From positions 160,001 to 224,000 of the forward strand of contig CAVZMI010000020.1 in the NCBI GenBank assembly GCA_963776275.1: a DNA stretch of 64,000 nucleotides, given 5' to 3'. The position numbers were made by a program, and so were the translations under genes. This document shows, piece by piece, positions 20,401 through 30,573 of the stretch. The notes below the pieces were generated by a model. It saw only the letters and a program-made list of their open reading frames with translations. It was not told the origin of the DNA and made no database searches. This DNA comes from Ignavibacteriota bacterium. Its GTDB lineage: Bacteria; Bacteroidota; Ignavibacteria; UBA10030; CAVZMI01. Position 1 is the stretch's first letter. Every line of letters starts with the position of its first letter.

Positions 20401-22369
20401 CTCTTACCTCGTTCTCAAATTCTGCATTTATTGCTTCAATCTGTGATTGAAGCTGCTCCCATTCTCGGTAATTCTTTTCAAGCTCCTTATTGATTTCTTT
20501 CATCTCGTTATTGACTTCTTTCACCCGTTCTCCGCATTTATAAAATTCCGGATTCACTATCAATGCTTCATTCTTGGTTTTCTTCATCTCAAGCCGCTCG
20601 ATTTCTTTTTCGACCAGTGTAATTGCATCTTTCAAAGGTTTTGTCCGCTCATACTTCCGTTGTCTGATTTCAGCCTCCCGTTGTTTCCTTTCTTTCATAG
20701 TAAAAACGGCCGTTTTTTCTGTTCTCCGGAAAACATCGGGAGGAACTGGAGATGCAACAATTTTTTCATGCGCTTTTTTTTCGAGGTATTCGCTCAGATT
20801 ACCGAGATACGTTTTGATGTTTTTATTTCCGACTTCAATCACTTTCGTGATGATTCCATCAAGAAAGGAGCGGTCGTGGGAGACAATGATATATGTACCG
20901 TTGAATTTCAACAATGCTTCACGGACAATATCTTTCGATCGCATGTCGAGATGATTCGTCGGCTCGTCCATGATCAGAAGATTTGCAGGTGTGAGCAGCA
21001 TCTTTGCGAGACTCAGCCGGCTTTTTTCACCCCCCGATAATACCTTGACCTGTTTAAAAACATCGTCACCGGTGAAGAGAAAACATCCCAACAGATTCCG
21101 CACGAACGTGCGGGTCTCACCCGAAGTGACAGATTCAACAGTTTCGAGAACTGTTTTTTGGGGATCAAGTTCCTCTGCCCGGTCCTGGGCAAAGTATGAG
21201 ATTGTTACATTGTAACCGATTTTCCGTTCACCTCCACTGAGCGGTTCAATTCCGGCAATGATTCGCGAGAGAGTCGATTTCCCGGCACCGTTGATACCGA
21301 CGAGGGCAATTCTGTCTCCCCGTTCAATTGTACAATCTACTTTTAGAAGAACTTCTTTTGTGCCGTAGCGTTTATCGATTCCGGAAAGATCAATGACCAC
21401 TTTCCCGCTGTGAATGGCTTCAGGAAATTGAAAATCTATCCCCTGTTCTTGATTTTCGATTTCGATCCTTTCAATTTTTTCAAGTTTCTTGATACGGCTT
21501 TGTACTTGCCGGGCTTTCGTCGCCTTGTAACGAAACCGTTCGATAAACCGTTCGGTCTGTTTTATTTTTACCTCCTGGTTTTTATATGCCGCTTCGCGCT
21601 GTTCTTTTCGAACGAGACGTTCATGTTGATAGTATGTGTAATTACCAGGATATTCGATCAGTTCACCAAGACTGATTTCAAGTGTCTTTGTAGTCATCGA
21701 GTCAAGAAAGGTCCGGTCGTGAGAAACAATAATCACCGATCCCTGATAGGCACGTAAATAATCCTCAAGCCATTGTAACGATTCAATATCAAGATGATTT
21801 GTCGGCTCATCGAGAAGGAGAATTGTAGGTTCCTGTAATAAGAGTTTTGCAAGGACGATACGCATTTGCCATCCGCCGCTGAATTCATCGGTCGACCGCC
21901 CCATATCCTCCGTGGTGAAACCGAGACCTGAAAGGACTTTCTCGATTTTCGTCTTCAACCGGAATGCATCACGATCCTCCAATTTGTGTTGGGTTTCGCC
22001 AAGAAGTTCCAGAGTATCGGAATATTCTTCAGATTCTTGATCTAGTTCCATGATTCGGCGGTGAAGTTCATCAAATTCTGTCTGGAGTCCAAGAATATCA
22101 CTGAATGCCGTTTCAGCTTCATGATAAAGAGTCCGTCCCGCCGATTCGACCCCCTCCTGCGGCAAATACCCTATCGCAGCAAATTTCGCTTTAACGACTG
22201 TTCCGTCTTCCGGTTGAATAAATCCCGCAATGATTTTTAATAGTGTAGTTTTCCCTGCCCCATTTGGGCCCACAAGGCCTATTCGGTCATGAGGTCCAAT
22301 TCGGAGCGACACATTACGGAAAAGGTACTCTCCGCCGAACTGCATTCCGATGTTATTGAGTTGCAACAT
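20387..22369 (-). CDS. ABC-F family ATPase with C-terminal coiled coil
   Basis: Two ABC cassettes (GPNGAGKT, FSGGWQMR, DEPTNHLD; GINGAGKS, LSGGEKSR), no transmembrane segments. Confidence 0.93.
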   Translation of the reverse strand: MLQLNNIGMQFGGEYLFRNVSLRIGPHDRIGLVGPNGAGKTTLLKIIAGFIQPEDGTVVKAKFAAIGYLPQEGVESAGRTLYHEAETAFSDILGLQTEFDELHRRIMELDQESEEYSDTLELLGETQHKLEDRDAFRLKTKIEKVLSGLGFTTEDMGRSTDEFSGGWQMRIVLAKLLLQEPTILLLDEPTNHLDIESLQWLEDYLRAYQGSVIIVSHDRTFLDSMTTKTLEISLGELIEYPGNYTYYQHERLVRKEQREAAYKNQEVKIKQTERFIERFRYKATKARQVQSRIKKLEKIERIEIENQEQGIDFQFPEAIHSGKVVIDLSGIDKRYGTKEVLLKVDCTIERGDRIALVGINGAGKSTLSRIIAGIEPLSGGERKIGYNVTISYFAQDRAEELDPQKTVLETVESVTSGETRTFVRNLLGCFLFTGDDVFKQVKVLSGGEKSRLSLAKMLLTPANLLIMDEPTNHLDMRSKDIVREALLKFNGTYIIVSHDRSFLDGIITKVIEVGNKNIKTYLGNLSEYLEKKAHEKIVASPVPPDVFRRTEKTAVFTMKERKQREAEIRQRKYERTKPLKDAITLVEKEIERLEMKKTKNEALIVNPEFYKCGERVKEVNNEMKEINKELEKNYREWEQLQSQIEAINAEFENEVRDEKG

Positions 22370-22513
22370 AAATCTTTTAAATATACGAAAAAGACTTTTG
22401 TTGAAAAAGGAATTATAGTGCAGGATGGAAAATTGGGTTTTTTAATAAAATTTTTATATTTTAATACCGGGTATTTATTTCCACCTATCCCTCTCACATC
22501 AAGGAGTCGATCT

Positions 22514-23269
22514 ATGGAACAACAACCTGAAGTTCCCCCCGCCGGAAATATACCAGCACCCTCGACACTCGGATCCCGATTGATCGATATTTTCGTCTCT
22601 CCGGGTGAGGTATTCGACGGAATGAAGAGCGCGTCAAAGAGCACCGGGAATTGGCTTGTACCTCTTATTCTGGCCATTTTGGTAGGTATCATCACAATTT
22701 TCGTTGTCTTCTCCCAACCGACCATCCAACAGCAGATGATCGATGTCCAACACAATCAGATGCAGAAGCAGGTGCAGGCCGGCAAGATGACGCAGGAACA
22801 AATGGCACATGCAGAATCGATGATCCCGAAACCGGGTTCACTGATCTGGAATATATTCGGTATTCTTGGAGTAATCATCGGCAATCTCATTATTATTCTT
22901 CTTGCTGCGCTCATCCTGTGGCTAATCGGAAAATATGCACTTAAAGCACCTTTGAAATATGGTACACTGCTTGAAATAACGGGCCTCTCGTATATGGTGA
23001 TGGTTCTAGGCTCAATCATCAGCATCCTGACGATTCTGGCCCTCGATTCACTATATGCAACTCCGAGTCTGGCGATTCTAATCAAAGAGTTTGACGCTGG
23101 AAACAGTATGCATAAACTTTTCTCGTATATGAATATTTTTTATATCTGGTTCGTTGCTTTGCTGGGCCTTGGAATTGCTAAAATCTGCAACTGTACCACA
23201 ATGAAAGGGATGATCTGGACTTTCGGAATATTCATAATATTCAGTCTTGTATTTGCATTTGTATTCTAA
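22514..23269 (+). CDS. YIP1-family membrane protein
   Basis: IFVSPGEVF N-terminal motif, multiple TM helices; AAGGAG RBS. Confidence 0.75.
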   Translation: MEQQPEVPPAGNIPAPSTLGSRLIDIFVSPGEVFDGMKSASKSTGNWLVPLILAILVGIITIFVVFSQPTIQQQMIDVQHNQMQKQVQAGKMTQEQMAHAESMIPKPGSLIWNIFGILGVIIGNLIIILLAALILWLIGKYALKAPLKYGTLLEITGLSYMVMVLGSIISILTILALDSLYATPSLAILIKEFDAGNSMHKLFSYMNIFYIWFVALLGLGIAKICNCTTMKGMIWTFGIFIIFSLVFAFVF

Positions 23270-23367
23270 TAATTTCTTTTCCTTTTCACGAGCATCCGGG
23301 ATTTTTACGGATGCTCTTTTCATTTTCATCTCTTCTTTTTCCCTTATCTATTTTGTATATTTTATTC

Positions 23368-25038
23368 ATGGCAGACAATAAGATAATCTTTTCCATGATC
23401 GGCGTTGGGAAAGTTCATAAACCCAACAAGCAGGTTTTAAAGGATATCTATCTTTCATTTTTCTACGGTGCAAAAATCGGCATTCTGGGTCTGAACGGCG
23501 CCGGAAAAAGCACGCTTCTTCGCATCGTAGCAGGCTTTGACAAGGATTATCTCGGTGAAATCACCTCTCAGAAAGGAATTACCTTCGGCTATCTTCCCCA
23601 GGAACCCGAGCTCGATCCGGTGAAAACGGTGAAAGAAATTATCGAAGAGGGTGCGGCGGAGGCTGTCGGTCTTTTGAAGGAATATGAAGCAATCAGCGCG
23701 CAGTTCTCCGAACCGGACGCTGATTACGATGCACTCCTTGAAAAACAAGGAAAACTACAGGAGCAGATCGACCATTTGCATGCATGGGATATAGACAGCA
23801 AACTCGAAATGGCAATGGATGCATTGCGCTGTCCCCCCGGAGATACCTCTGTCTCTGTGATTTCAGGTGGTGAACGACGCCGCATTGCATTATGCCGGCT
23901 TCTGCTGCAGGAACCCGATGTCCTTCTGCTTGACGAGCCGACCAATCATCTGGACGCTGAATCTGTTGCATGGCTCGAACAGTACCTTGGCAAATATCCC
24001 GGAACGGTACTGGCGGTAACGCACGACCGGTATTTCCTTGACAATGTTGCCGGATGGATACTCGAGCTCGACCGGGGCGAAGGCATTCCTTTCGAAGGCA
24101 ATTATTCTTCCTGGCTCGAGCAAAAACGACAGCGGCTTTCCATCGAAGAGAAACAGGAATCCAAGCGTCAAAAAGCTCTTGCCCACGAACTTGAATGGAT
24201 CAGATTAAATCCAAAAGGACGACATGCCAAAGGCAAGGCACGCATCACAGCATATGAGAAAATGCTCTCCGAAGATAGTGCAAATCGTGAAGAGGATGTC
24301 GAAATTTATATCCCGCCGGGACCGCGTCTGGGTAACATTGTTATCGAATCAAAAAAAGTCTCTAAAGGTTATGGCGAGCTTTTACTATTTGAAGATCTCA
24401 ATTTCTCCCTCCCGCCCGGTGGAATCATCGGTATAATCGGTCCGAACGGCGCCGGGAAGACTACATTGTTCCGCATGATTACCGGTCAGGAAAAGCCGGA
24501 CGGGGGTGAAATTGTCCTCGGCGATACAGTGAAGCTTGCATATATCGATCAAAACCGATCTCTCTCGCCGGAAAAAACATTGTGGGAAGAAATATCAGGG
24601 GGCGAAGAGACGCTCCGCCTCGGCAATCGGGATATTAATTCCCGGTCGTATGTCGCAAGGTTCAATTTTAGTGGAAGCGATCAACAGAAAAAAGTCGGTA
24701 CACTCTCGGGTGGTGAGCGTAATCGGGTACATCTCGCAAAAATATTGAAGGAAGAAGCGAATGTATTATTACTTGACGAACCGACAAACGATCTGGATGT
24801 GAATACGCTTCGCGCACTCGAAGAGGCTATATTAAATTTTGCCGGATGTGTCGTCGTGATCTCGCACGATCGATGGTTCCTTGACAGAATTGCAACTCAT
24901 ATTCTGGCATTTGAAGGGAACAGTAAAGCTGTTTGGTACGATGGAAATTATTCGGAATACGAAGAAGAGCGGAAGAAACGTCTGGGTATCGACGCCGACC
25001 GTCCACATAGGATAAAGTATAAACCGCTTAAGAGATAA
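23368..25038 (+). CDS. ettA: Energy-dependent translational throttle protein
   Basis: LSFFYGAKIG, AMDALRCPP, GEGIPFEGNYSSWLEQK, PHRIKYK. Confidence 0.96.
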   Translation: MADNKIIFSMIGVGKVHKPNKQVLKDIYLSFFYGAKIGILGLNGAGKSTLLRIVAGFDKDYLGEITSQKGITFGYLPQEPELDPVKTVKEIIEEGAAEAVGLLKEYEAISAQFSEPDADYDALLEKQGKLQEQIDHLHAWDIDSKLEMAMDALRCPPGDTSVSVISGGERRRIALCRLLLQEPDVLLLDEPTNHLDAESVAWLEQYLGKYPGTVLAVTHDRYFLDNVAGWILELDRGEGIPFEGNYSSWLEQKRQRLSIEEKQESKRQKALAHELEWIRLNPKGRHAKGKARITAYEKMLSEDSANREEDVEIYIPPGPRLGNIVIESKKVSKGYGELLLFEDLNFSLPPGGIIGIIGPNGAGKTTLFRMITGQEKPDGGEIVLGDTVKLAYIDQNRSLSPEKTLWEEISGGEETLRLGNRDINSRSYVARFNFSGSDQQKKVGTLSGGERNRVHLAKILKEEANVLLLDEPTNDLDVNTLRALEEAILNFAGCVVVISHDRWFLDRIATHILAFEGNSKAVWYDGNYSEYEEERKKRLGIDADRPHRIKYKPLKR

Positions 25039-25072
25039 CTTTTTGATTTAGAAAAAGGACTGGTATTACATA

Positions 25073-25189
25073 TAACCACGGAGGACACAAAGGACTGTTT
25101 CGGTGGTTTTTTGGAGGACACAGAGTATGAATTCTTCTCCGTGTCCTCGCAGACAGCTTTTCTAAAAAACTTTGTGGCCTCTGTGGTTA
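25073..25189. repeat. Nested inverted-repeat (MITE/REP-like) element
   Basis: Outer arms TAACCACGGAGGACACAAAG / CTTTGTGGCCTCTGTGGTTA (18/20); inner arms GAGGACACAGAG / CTCCGTGTCCTC (11/12). Confidence 0.8.
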
Positions 25190-25233
25190 CCTTTAAAGCC
25201 AACGACAAAAGTGAAACATATACAGGAACTAGA

Positions 25234-25557
25234 GTGAAGAAACGATATAAGAAAATGTTGAAAGGAATGCAGAAGAAGGAAGAGACAGGCGTCCATCCTT
25301 CACAAGGACAATGGTTTCTTTATATTCTTGAATGCAGCGACGGGACGCTGTATACTGGCATCACAAAGGATCTTGATCGTCGGATCGAGCAGCATAACGC
25401 CGGAAAAGCGTCGCGGTATACACGCGTGAGGAGACCGGTAAAACTTGTGTACGATGAAGTATGCAGCACACGCGCCGCCGCACTTGTACGCGAGTGCAAG
25501 GTGAAAGAGATGACACGAAAAAAGAAATTATCGCTCTTAAAACTAATTGATCCGTGA
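25234..25557 (+). CDS. GIY-YIG nuclease (YhbQ/UPF0213-like)
   Basis: WFLYILECSDGTLYTGITKDLDRRIEQHNAGKASRYTR; start uncertain (25234-25268). Confidence 0.9.
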   Translation: MKKRYKKMLKGMQKKEETGVHPSQGQWFLYILECSDGTLYTGITKDLDRRIEQHNAGKASRYTRVRRPVKLVYDEVCSTRAAALVRECKVKEMTRKKKLSLLKLIDP

Positions 25558-25797
25558 AACCTATCAACAGAGATTATTGATTTCGTAATGTGAAAGATTT
25601 ATTCTGTGTTACCGTGTTACTGTTTAGTCAATGAAACATCCATATCGTATAACGAAGAATAGGAGATATCCAGTGTCCCTGTTATCGTTTTCTTATCGGC
25701 ATTCATTTGAAGAAACCAAGAAGAGTACGCTACAACCAGGGCATACATATCAACTTGAAACCTTAAACTTAAAACCCGTGACTTCCACCTACTACAA

Positions 25798-26160
25798 CTA
25801 TACGTCACGGTGTACTATTTCCGGAGAGAATGCCGGCATACACACCGCCACATATTCGGCACCGCCCGCAAAGGGTGTACTGTACTGAACCCATTCCCCC
25901 TTTTCAACGACAATAGCCTGACCCTCCCTGACGTTGAATAATTTCTTCTTTGTCGTTACGCGGAGTGTTCCTTTTAATACAATTGTAAATTCATCGAATT
26001 CCGGAGTCTGACCGGGCTCAACCCACCCCACCGGACTTTTCATCCGGGCAATACTGAGCTGATCCGTATTTGAGTTCACTCGCCCGAAATATTCTTCGAT
26101 GATTTTCGGTTTATTTCCGGCGGCTTTGATTATAGAAGGTGATATAATTAACTTCGCCAT
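25798..26160 (-). CDS. Cupin-domain protein
   Basis: EPGQTPEFDEFTIVLKG...GEWVQYSTP...YVAVC.PAFSP..VHRD. Confidence 0.88.
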   Translation of the reverse strand: MAKLIISPSIIKAAGNKPKIIEEYFGRVNSNTDQLSIARMKSPVGWVEPGQTPEFDEFTIVLKGTLRVTTKKKLFNVREGQAIVVEKGEWVQYSTPFAGGAEYVAVCMPAFSPEIVHRDV

Positions 26161-26280
26161 GGTGGTTTTTTATTTGAGTTTATTTTTTCACGGATTAAAG
26201 CCCGTGGTCTTAATTGTAATTTCAAATTATGCATCATCAAGCATAAATCAATAAATAGAGTAGAGCCGTAGGCATCAATC

Positions 26281-27444
26281 TCATAACGATCTCCCTGCAG
26301 CCGCCCCTGATGCCCATGCCCACTGAAAATTGAAACCGCCGAGATGTCCGGTGACGTCGACCACTTCACCAATATAGTACAATCCCGGTATTTTTTTTGA
26401 TTCCATCGTTTTCGATGAAAGCTCTGCGGTGTCGACACCACCGACAGTCACTTCAGCTTTTGAGAATCCCTCCGTGCCGACAGGATGGAGAGTCCATTGA
26501 TGAAGTTGTTGTGAATTTTTTTTCAATTCAACTTTCGGTATGTGTTGAATCATATGCGGTAATGAATATTTTGAACACCATGCTTCGACAAACCTTTTAG
26601 GCAAAAATGTATTAAGTACCGTCTTGATCTCTTTCCTGCTTTGCCGGTAGAGTTCAAATTCTTTTTCAATATTAATATCTGGAAGGAGATCGATGATGAT
26701 TTCTTTGCCGGGATCCCAGTACGAGGATATCTGTAGTACTGCCGGACCGCTTATTCCAAGATGTGTGAATAAAAGGTTATCTACGAACACAGCATGACCG
26801 CATGTGACTTTTGCCTCGATTGATACTCCTGTGAGTGCCCTGCACAACCCGCGTTCTGAATCATCAAGAAGAAGGGGGACGAGACCCGGCCTTGGCGTGA
26901 TAATATTCATGCTGAATTTCTTCGCGGCACGATACCCAAAATCCGTGGCGCCAAGCGAGGGAATCGAAAGTCCGCCTGTTGCAATAACGAGTTTTTTCGA
27001 TCTATACTCACCCTGGTTTGTTGTCACACAAAAAAGATCGTTCTTCTCAATCTCATGTATACGGCAGCCGGTCTTGATCTCTACTCCGCGGGTCGTACAT
27101 TCATGATTAAGCATTTCGATGATCTGTTTCGCACTACCGTCGCAAAAAAGCTGTCCGTGTACTTTCTCGTGGTATGAAATCCTGTACTGCCCGATAAGCT
27201 TGATGAAATCATCCGGTGCGTAGCGGGCCAGTGCAGATGTACAGAAACGAGGATTTGATGAAAGAAAATTTTCCGGGGATGAATGCAGGTTGGTAAAATT
27301 ACACCGGCCGCCCCCCGAGATGCGGATTTTTTCTCCGATCGAAGTATTGCCTTCGAGAACGAGGGTCGATCGTCCGCGTTCGCCGGCTTCACGGGCACAC
27401 ATCAAACCGGCAGCGCCGGCACCAATGATAATCCCATCAATCAT
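26281..27444 (-). CDS. NAD(P)/FAD-dependent oxidoreductase, HI0933/YhiN/BaiN family
   Basis: IIGAGAAG, KIRISGGGRCNFTN, LFTH.G.SGP, GGFNFQWAWASG; start MIDG at 27444. Confidence 0.93.
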   Translation of the reverse strand: MIDGIIIGAGAAGLMCAREAGERGRSTLVLEGNTSIGEKIRISGGGRCNFTNLHSSPENFLSSNPRFCTSALARYAPDDFIKLIGQYRISYHEKVHGQLFCDGSAKQIIEMLNHECTTRGVEIKTGCRIHEIEKNDLFCVTTNQGEYRSKKLVIATGGLSIPSLGATDFGYRAAKKFSMNIITPRPGLVPLLLDDSERGLCRALTGVSIEAKVTCGHAVFVDNLLFTHLGISGPAVLQISSYWDPGKEIIIDLLPDINIEKEFELYRQSRKEIKTVLNTFLPKRFVEAWCSKYSLPHMIQHIPKVELKKNSQQLHQWTLHPVGTEGFSKAEVTVGGVDTAELSSKTMESKKIPGLYYIGEVVDVTGHLGGFNFQWAWASGAAAGRSL

Positions 27445-27533
27445 GAAAAAAGATAATGAGAAACCGCTGGAAAGGCAAAAGGTTTCCGCAGCTGTAAGAC
27501 TTGCCGGCAAACGGAACCCTTTTACACGGTCTT

Positions 27534-27679
27534 CTATTTTACCCACCCACCGGACTTTTCATCCGGGCAATACTGAGCTGATCTGTATTTGAGTTCACTC
27601 GCCCGAAATATTCTTCGATGATCTTCGGCTTATTACCGGCTGCTTTGATTATGGAAGGTGATAAAATTAATTTTGACAT
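27534..27679 (-). pseudogene. Truncated 5' copy of the cupin gene (about 46-47 codons)
   Basis: 27541-27679 aligns with 26021-26160 (10 substitutions, 1 indel); MSKLILSPSIIKAAGNKPKIIEEYFGRVNSNTDQLSIARMKSPVG then stop. Confidence 0.88.
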
Positions 27680-27724
27680 AATATTAAAAGAACATTGATT
27701 ATTCGCCTAAACGTTATAGTGCTC

Positions 27725-28522
27725 TCAAAAATGAATCGCCGCGCCAATTGTGATTTGAAATCCGCTGAAGTTGACAGGAACTGTCTTGTATCCTGCTTCT
27801 ACCTCCCTCGAAAACCGCAATCCGATGCTCCTTTCGTTCTGAGTCACGGTTTCCTTCCATTGCAGAATATCATCAGTGTCGTCCTTCAACTCCTCTACCC
27901 TGGCACTCCTGTAACATATGTCCCCATTCAGCGAAATGAACGGCGTGAGAAACACACCGGCTCCTCCGCCGACCACGAAACCAAGCCCGCTTCCATCGAA
28001 CTCTTTTGTTGGAGGCCCTTCCATCTCCAGTGAATTGAACATCATTCCTAAACCTGTACGACCATACACAAATCCTCCCTTGAAATCGCCGTAGAGCTTT
28101 CCACCAAAAAAAAGAACCGTCGAGTTTGATTTCCATTGCTCATTAAAAGTACTTTTTTCATCAATAATTGTGCGTTCTGAACTCAAACCAAATAGCGCCT
28201 CTCCCCATATTGAGAAACTCCCAAAAAGTCTAATATCAAACTCAATACATATTGGGATATTTTTGCTGGACTCCGAGTCACGTATCGTTGTCATTCCAGG
28301 AAAATTCTTGAAGGCATCAAAGAATTCATATGTATCGCTTGTACTGAAGGACGCATATCCTGTACGTATGCTAAGTGCGTTGCGCTTCGCCGCCGAGATT
28401 TGTTCTAAATTCTGTGTTGTATCAGAGGGAGGAACGCTTTGCGCAGGAGCAAAATAGACGAAGCAGAGTAATGCAATCGATAGATATGCCCAAAGTATGT
28501 GGGTGGACGCTTGAGTACTCAT
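27725..28522 (-). CDS. Outer-membrane beta-barrel protein
   Basis: Signal peptide, amphipathic strands, C-terminal GAAIHF; AAGGAG RBS before ATG 28522. Confidence 0.72.
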   Translation of the reverse strand: MSTQASTHILWAYLSIALLCFVYFAPAQSVPPSDTTQNLEQISAAKRNALSIRTGYASFSTSDTYEFFDAFKNFPGMTTIRDSESSKNIPICIEFDIRLFGSFSIWGEALFGLSSERTIIDEKSTFNEQWKSNSTVLFFGGKLYGDFKGGFVYGRTGLGMMFNSLEMEGPPTKEFDGSGLGFVVGGGAGVFLTPFISLNGDICYRSARVEELKDDTDDILQWKETVTQNERSIGLRFSREVEAGYKTVPVNFSGFQITIGAAIHF

Positions 28523-28698
28523 AGTAATCTCCTTTATTAGGTTAAAGATCCACTTGCATTTTATCGATCCAGAGCCGCCTGCATTGACAATAATAAAACC
28601 AAAAAATAAAAGCAAATGTTAAAAGGGTTGATTCCTCATTAATTTTCATCTATTTTTATACTCAGATTTTTCCCGGCCATTAATGAAGAAAGAATCGA

Positions 28699-29349
28699 AT
28701 GCGAAGAATTTTGCACACATTCAACGGACAATGGACGAAAGGGGAGCTGGCTTTTTTCCATAAATTGAAAAGTCCCATTGCTATCCAGGAATTTCTTGAC
28801 ACAATCCCCTACAGCACCGAATCGCGATATCGCTCTCCTCGAAGCGTTATTCGCGATCAACGGGCACATTGTTATGACGGCGCATTGTTTGCCGCTGCTG
28901 CATTACGGATGATCGGTTATCCGCCAGTTATAGTGGATATGCAGTCAGTACGCGATGATGATCATGTGATGGCAATTTTCCGCCGTCACGGCCGCATAGG
29001 TGCGCTAGCAAAGTCGAATTTTACCGGCCTTCGTTTTCGAGAACCGATATATCGCGATATCCGCGAGCTTGTGATGTCATATTTCGAGTCTTTTTATAAC
29101 ATGGATCGTGAAAAATCGTTACGGCAATATACCGATCCGGTCGATCTCACATCATTTGACAAGTACCAATGGATGTTTGAGGATGCGCCTCTTGACAGCA
29201 TCGTCGATCGGTTGAATACCATGAGGGTTCATAAGTTAATGACACCGGCGATGATCCGTTCACTTCTGCCGGTGGATTCACGGACATATAAAACCGGCCT
29301 CGTGGGCGCCAACAGGGCAGGGATATACTTTCCGAGGAAAAAATTATAG
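28699..29349 (+). CDS. Conserved hypothetical protein, possibly transglutaminase-like
   Basis: AHCYDGALFAA and DDDHV motifs; fits gene-dense + strand run. Confidence 0.65.
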   Translation: MRRILHTFNGQWTKGELAFFHKLKSPIAIQEFLDTIPYSTESRYRSPRSVIRDQRAHCYDGALFAAAALRMIGYPPVIVDMQSVRDDDHVMAIFRRHGRIGALAKSNFTGLRFREPIYRDIRELVMSYFESFYNMDREKSLRQYTDPVDLTSFDKYQWMFEDAPLDSIVDRLNTMRVHKLMTPAMIRSLLPVDSRTYKTGLVGANRAGIYFPRKKL

Positions 29350-29359
29350 TTTTACAACG

Positions 29360-30556
29360 ATGAAAAACAGTAATTTCATATTAAAACTTTTCATATTCAT
29401 ATTCTTTTTCGACCTATCATACAGTCAACCTTATCAACAATGGGGAGGATTGGATCCGGGACCGTATGCGATTGGTTACAAAGTTATACAAAGAGTTGAT
29501 CACTCACGGACATTCGGCGTACGAATCGATCAACCGAATAAAGTCAATCTCGATGATCATCCCCGTCCACTGCAGGTCAACATCTGGTATCCGGCACTCA
29601 AAACCGACAGCACTGAGCAGATGGGATACGAAGAATATATTGAATGGATCGGAACAATTGGAAAATACCATGCCTTGAATGACGAAACCAAAAAAGCAGG
29701 CAAGGATGAATTTTATAAATACTTCGTTGATCGTGGAGTTCCGAAAGAAAAACTGTATGAATTAATGAAGATGCACACGGCCGTCGTAAAAAACGGCCAG
29801 CAAGAGAAAGGTTCTTTTCCACTCATCCTCTTCGCGCCGGGAATTGGCGATTCACCGGCGATGCATACTATCATTTGCGAATACCTTGCGAGTTATGGGT
29901 ATATTATTGCAAGTTTGCCGTCCATGGGATGGATATCCCGCGAAATGGATCTCACAACCCTGGGTATTGAAACACAGGTGCGGGATCTCGAATGCACCAT
30001 CACGCTGATGTGTGAATATCCTTATGTCGATATGCACAGAATCGGAGTCGTAGGATTCAGTTTTGGGAGCTGCGCTGCATTGATACTCGCAATGCGCAAT
30101 ATCGATCTCGACGCTGTGGTAAGCCTTGATGGTTCCATTGGTTTCAAAGACAGGATTGCTCTGGTGAAGGAATCTCCTTTTTACTCTCCGGAAAATGTCC
30201 GCATCCCTTTTCTGCATATCAATGTCATGGAAAATAAAAGGAACAGCCTCAGCATTATCGATTCCCTGCGCTCTTCTCACCGGACCATCGTGAGCATCAA
30301 AGGGATCGGGCATATTAATTTTACTTCGATAGGCATGATTGCCGGGGTGATTCCCGGATTCTGGAAGTCCGTTGAGCCGAATGCAAAACTTGGATACGAG
30401 ACAATGTGTCGGTATACACTCCATTTTCTTAATGCGCATATTAAAGAAGAAAAGAAGGATCTCAAGTTCCTGCAGAACACACCACAGGAGAATAACCTTC
30501 CTGCTGGTTTTATAGTCATTCGAGTTGCTAAGCCGGATGTAGTGCAGAATCGCTGA
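29360..30556 (+). CDS. Secreted alpha/beta hydrolase
   Basis: Signal peptide, WYPA, FPLILFAPG, GFSFG nucleophile elbow, GIGHINF. Confidence 0.85.
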   Translation: MKNSNFILKLFIFIFFFDLSYSQPYQQWGGLDPGPYAIGYKVIQRVDHSRTFGVRIDQPNKVNLDDHPRPLQVNIWYPALKTDSTEQMGYEEYIEWIGTIGKYHALNDETKKAGKDEFYKYFVDRGVPKEKLYELMKMHTAVVKNGQQEKGSFPLILFAPGIGDSPAMHTIICEYLASYGYIIASLPSMGWISREMDLTTLGIETQVRDLECTITLMCEYPYVDMHRIGVVGFSFGSCAALILAMRNIDLDAVVSLDGSIGFKDRIALVKESPFYSPENVRIPFLHINVMENKRNSLSIIDSLRSSHRTIVSIKGIGHINFTSIGMIAGVIPGFWKSVEPNAKLGYETMCRYTLHFLNAHIKEEKKDLKFLQNTPQENNLPAGFIVIRVAKPDVVQNR

Positions 30557-30573
30557 TCCAAGAAATAATTCTT

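Noticed and set aside
25631-25888. Short ORFs between the GIY-YIG and cupin genes
   Set aside because: No motifs or RBS, and partial overlap with the cupin gene on the opposite strand
27445-27546. N-terminal extension of the YhiN-family ORF
   Set aside because: Family motif begins at MIDGIIIGAG (27444); the extension starts within the cupin remnant
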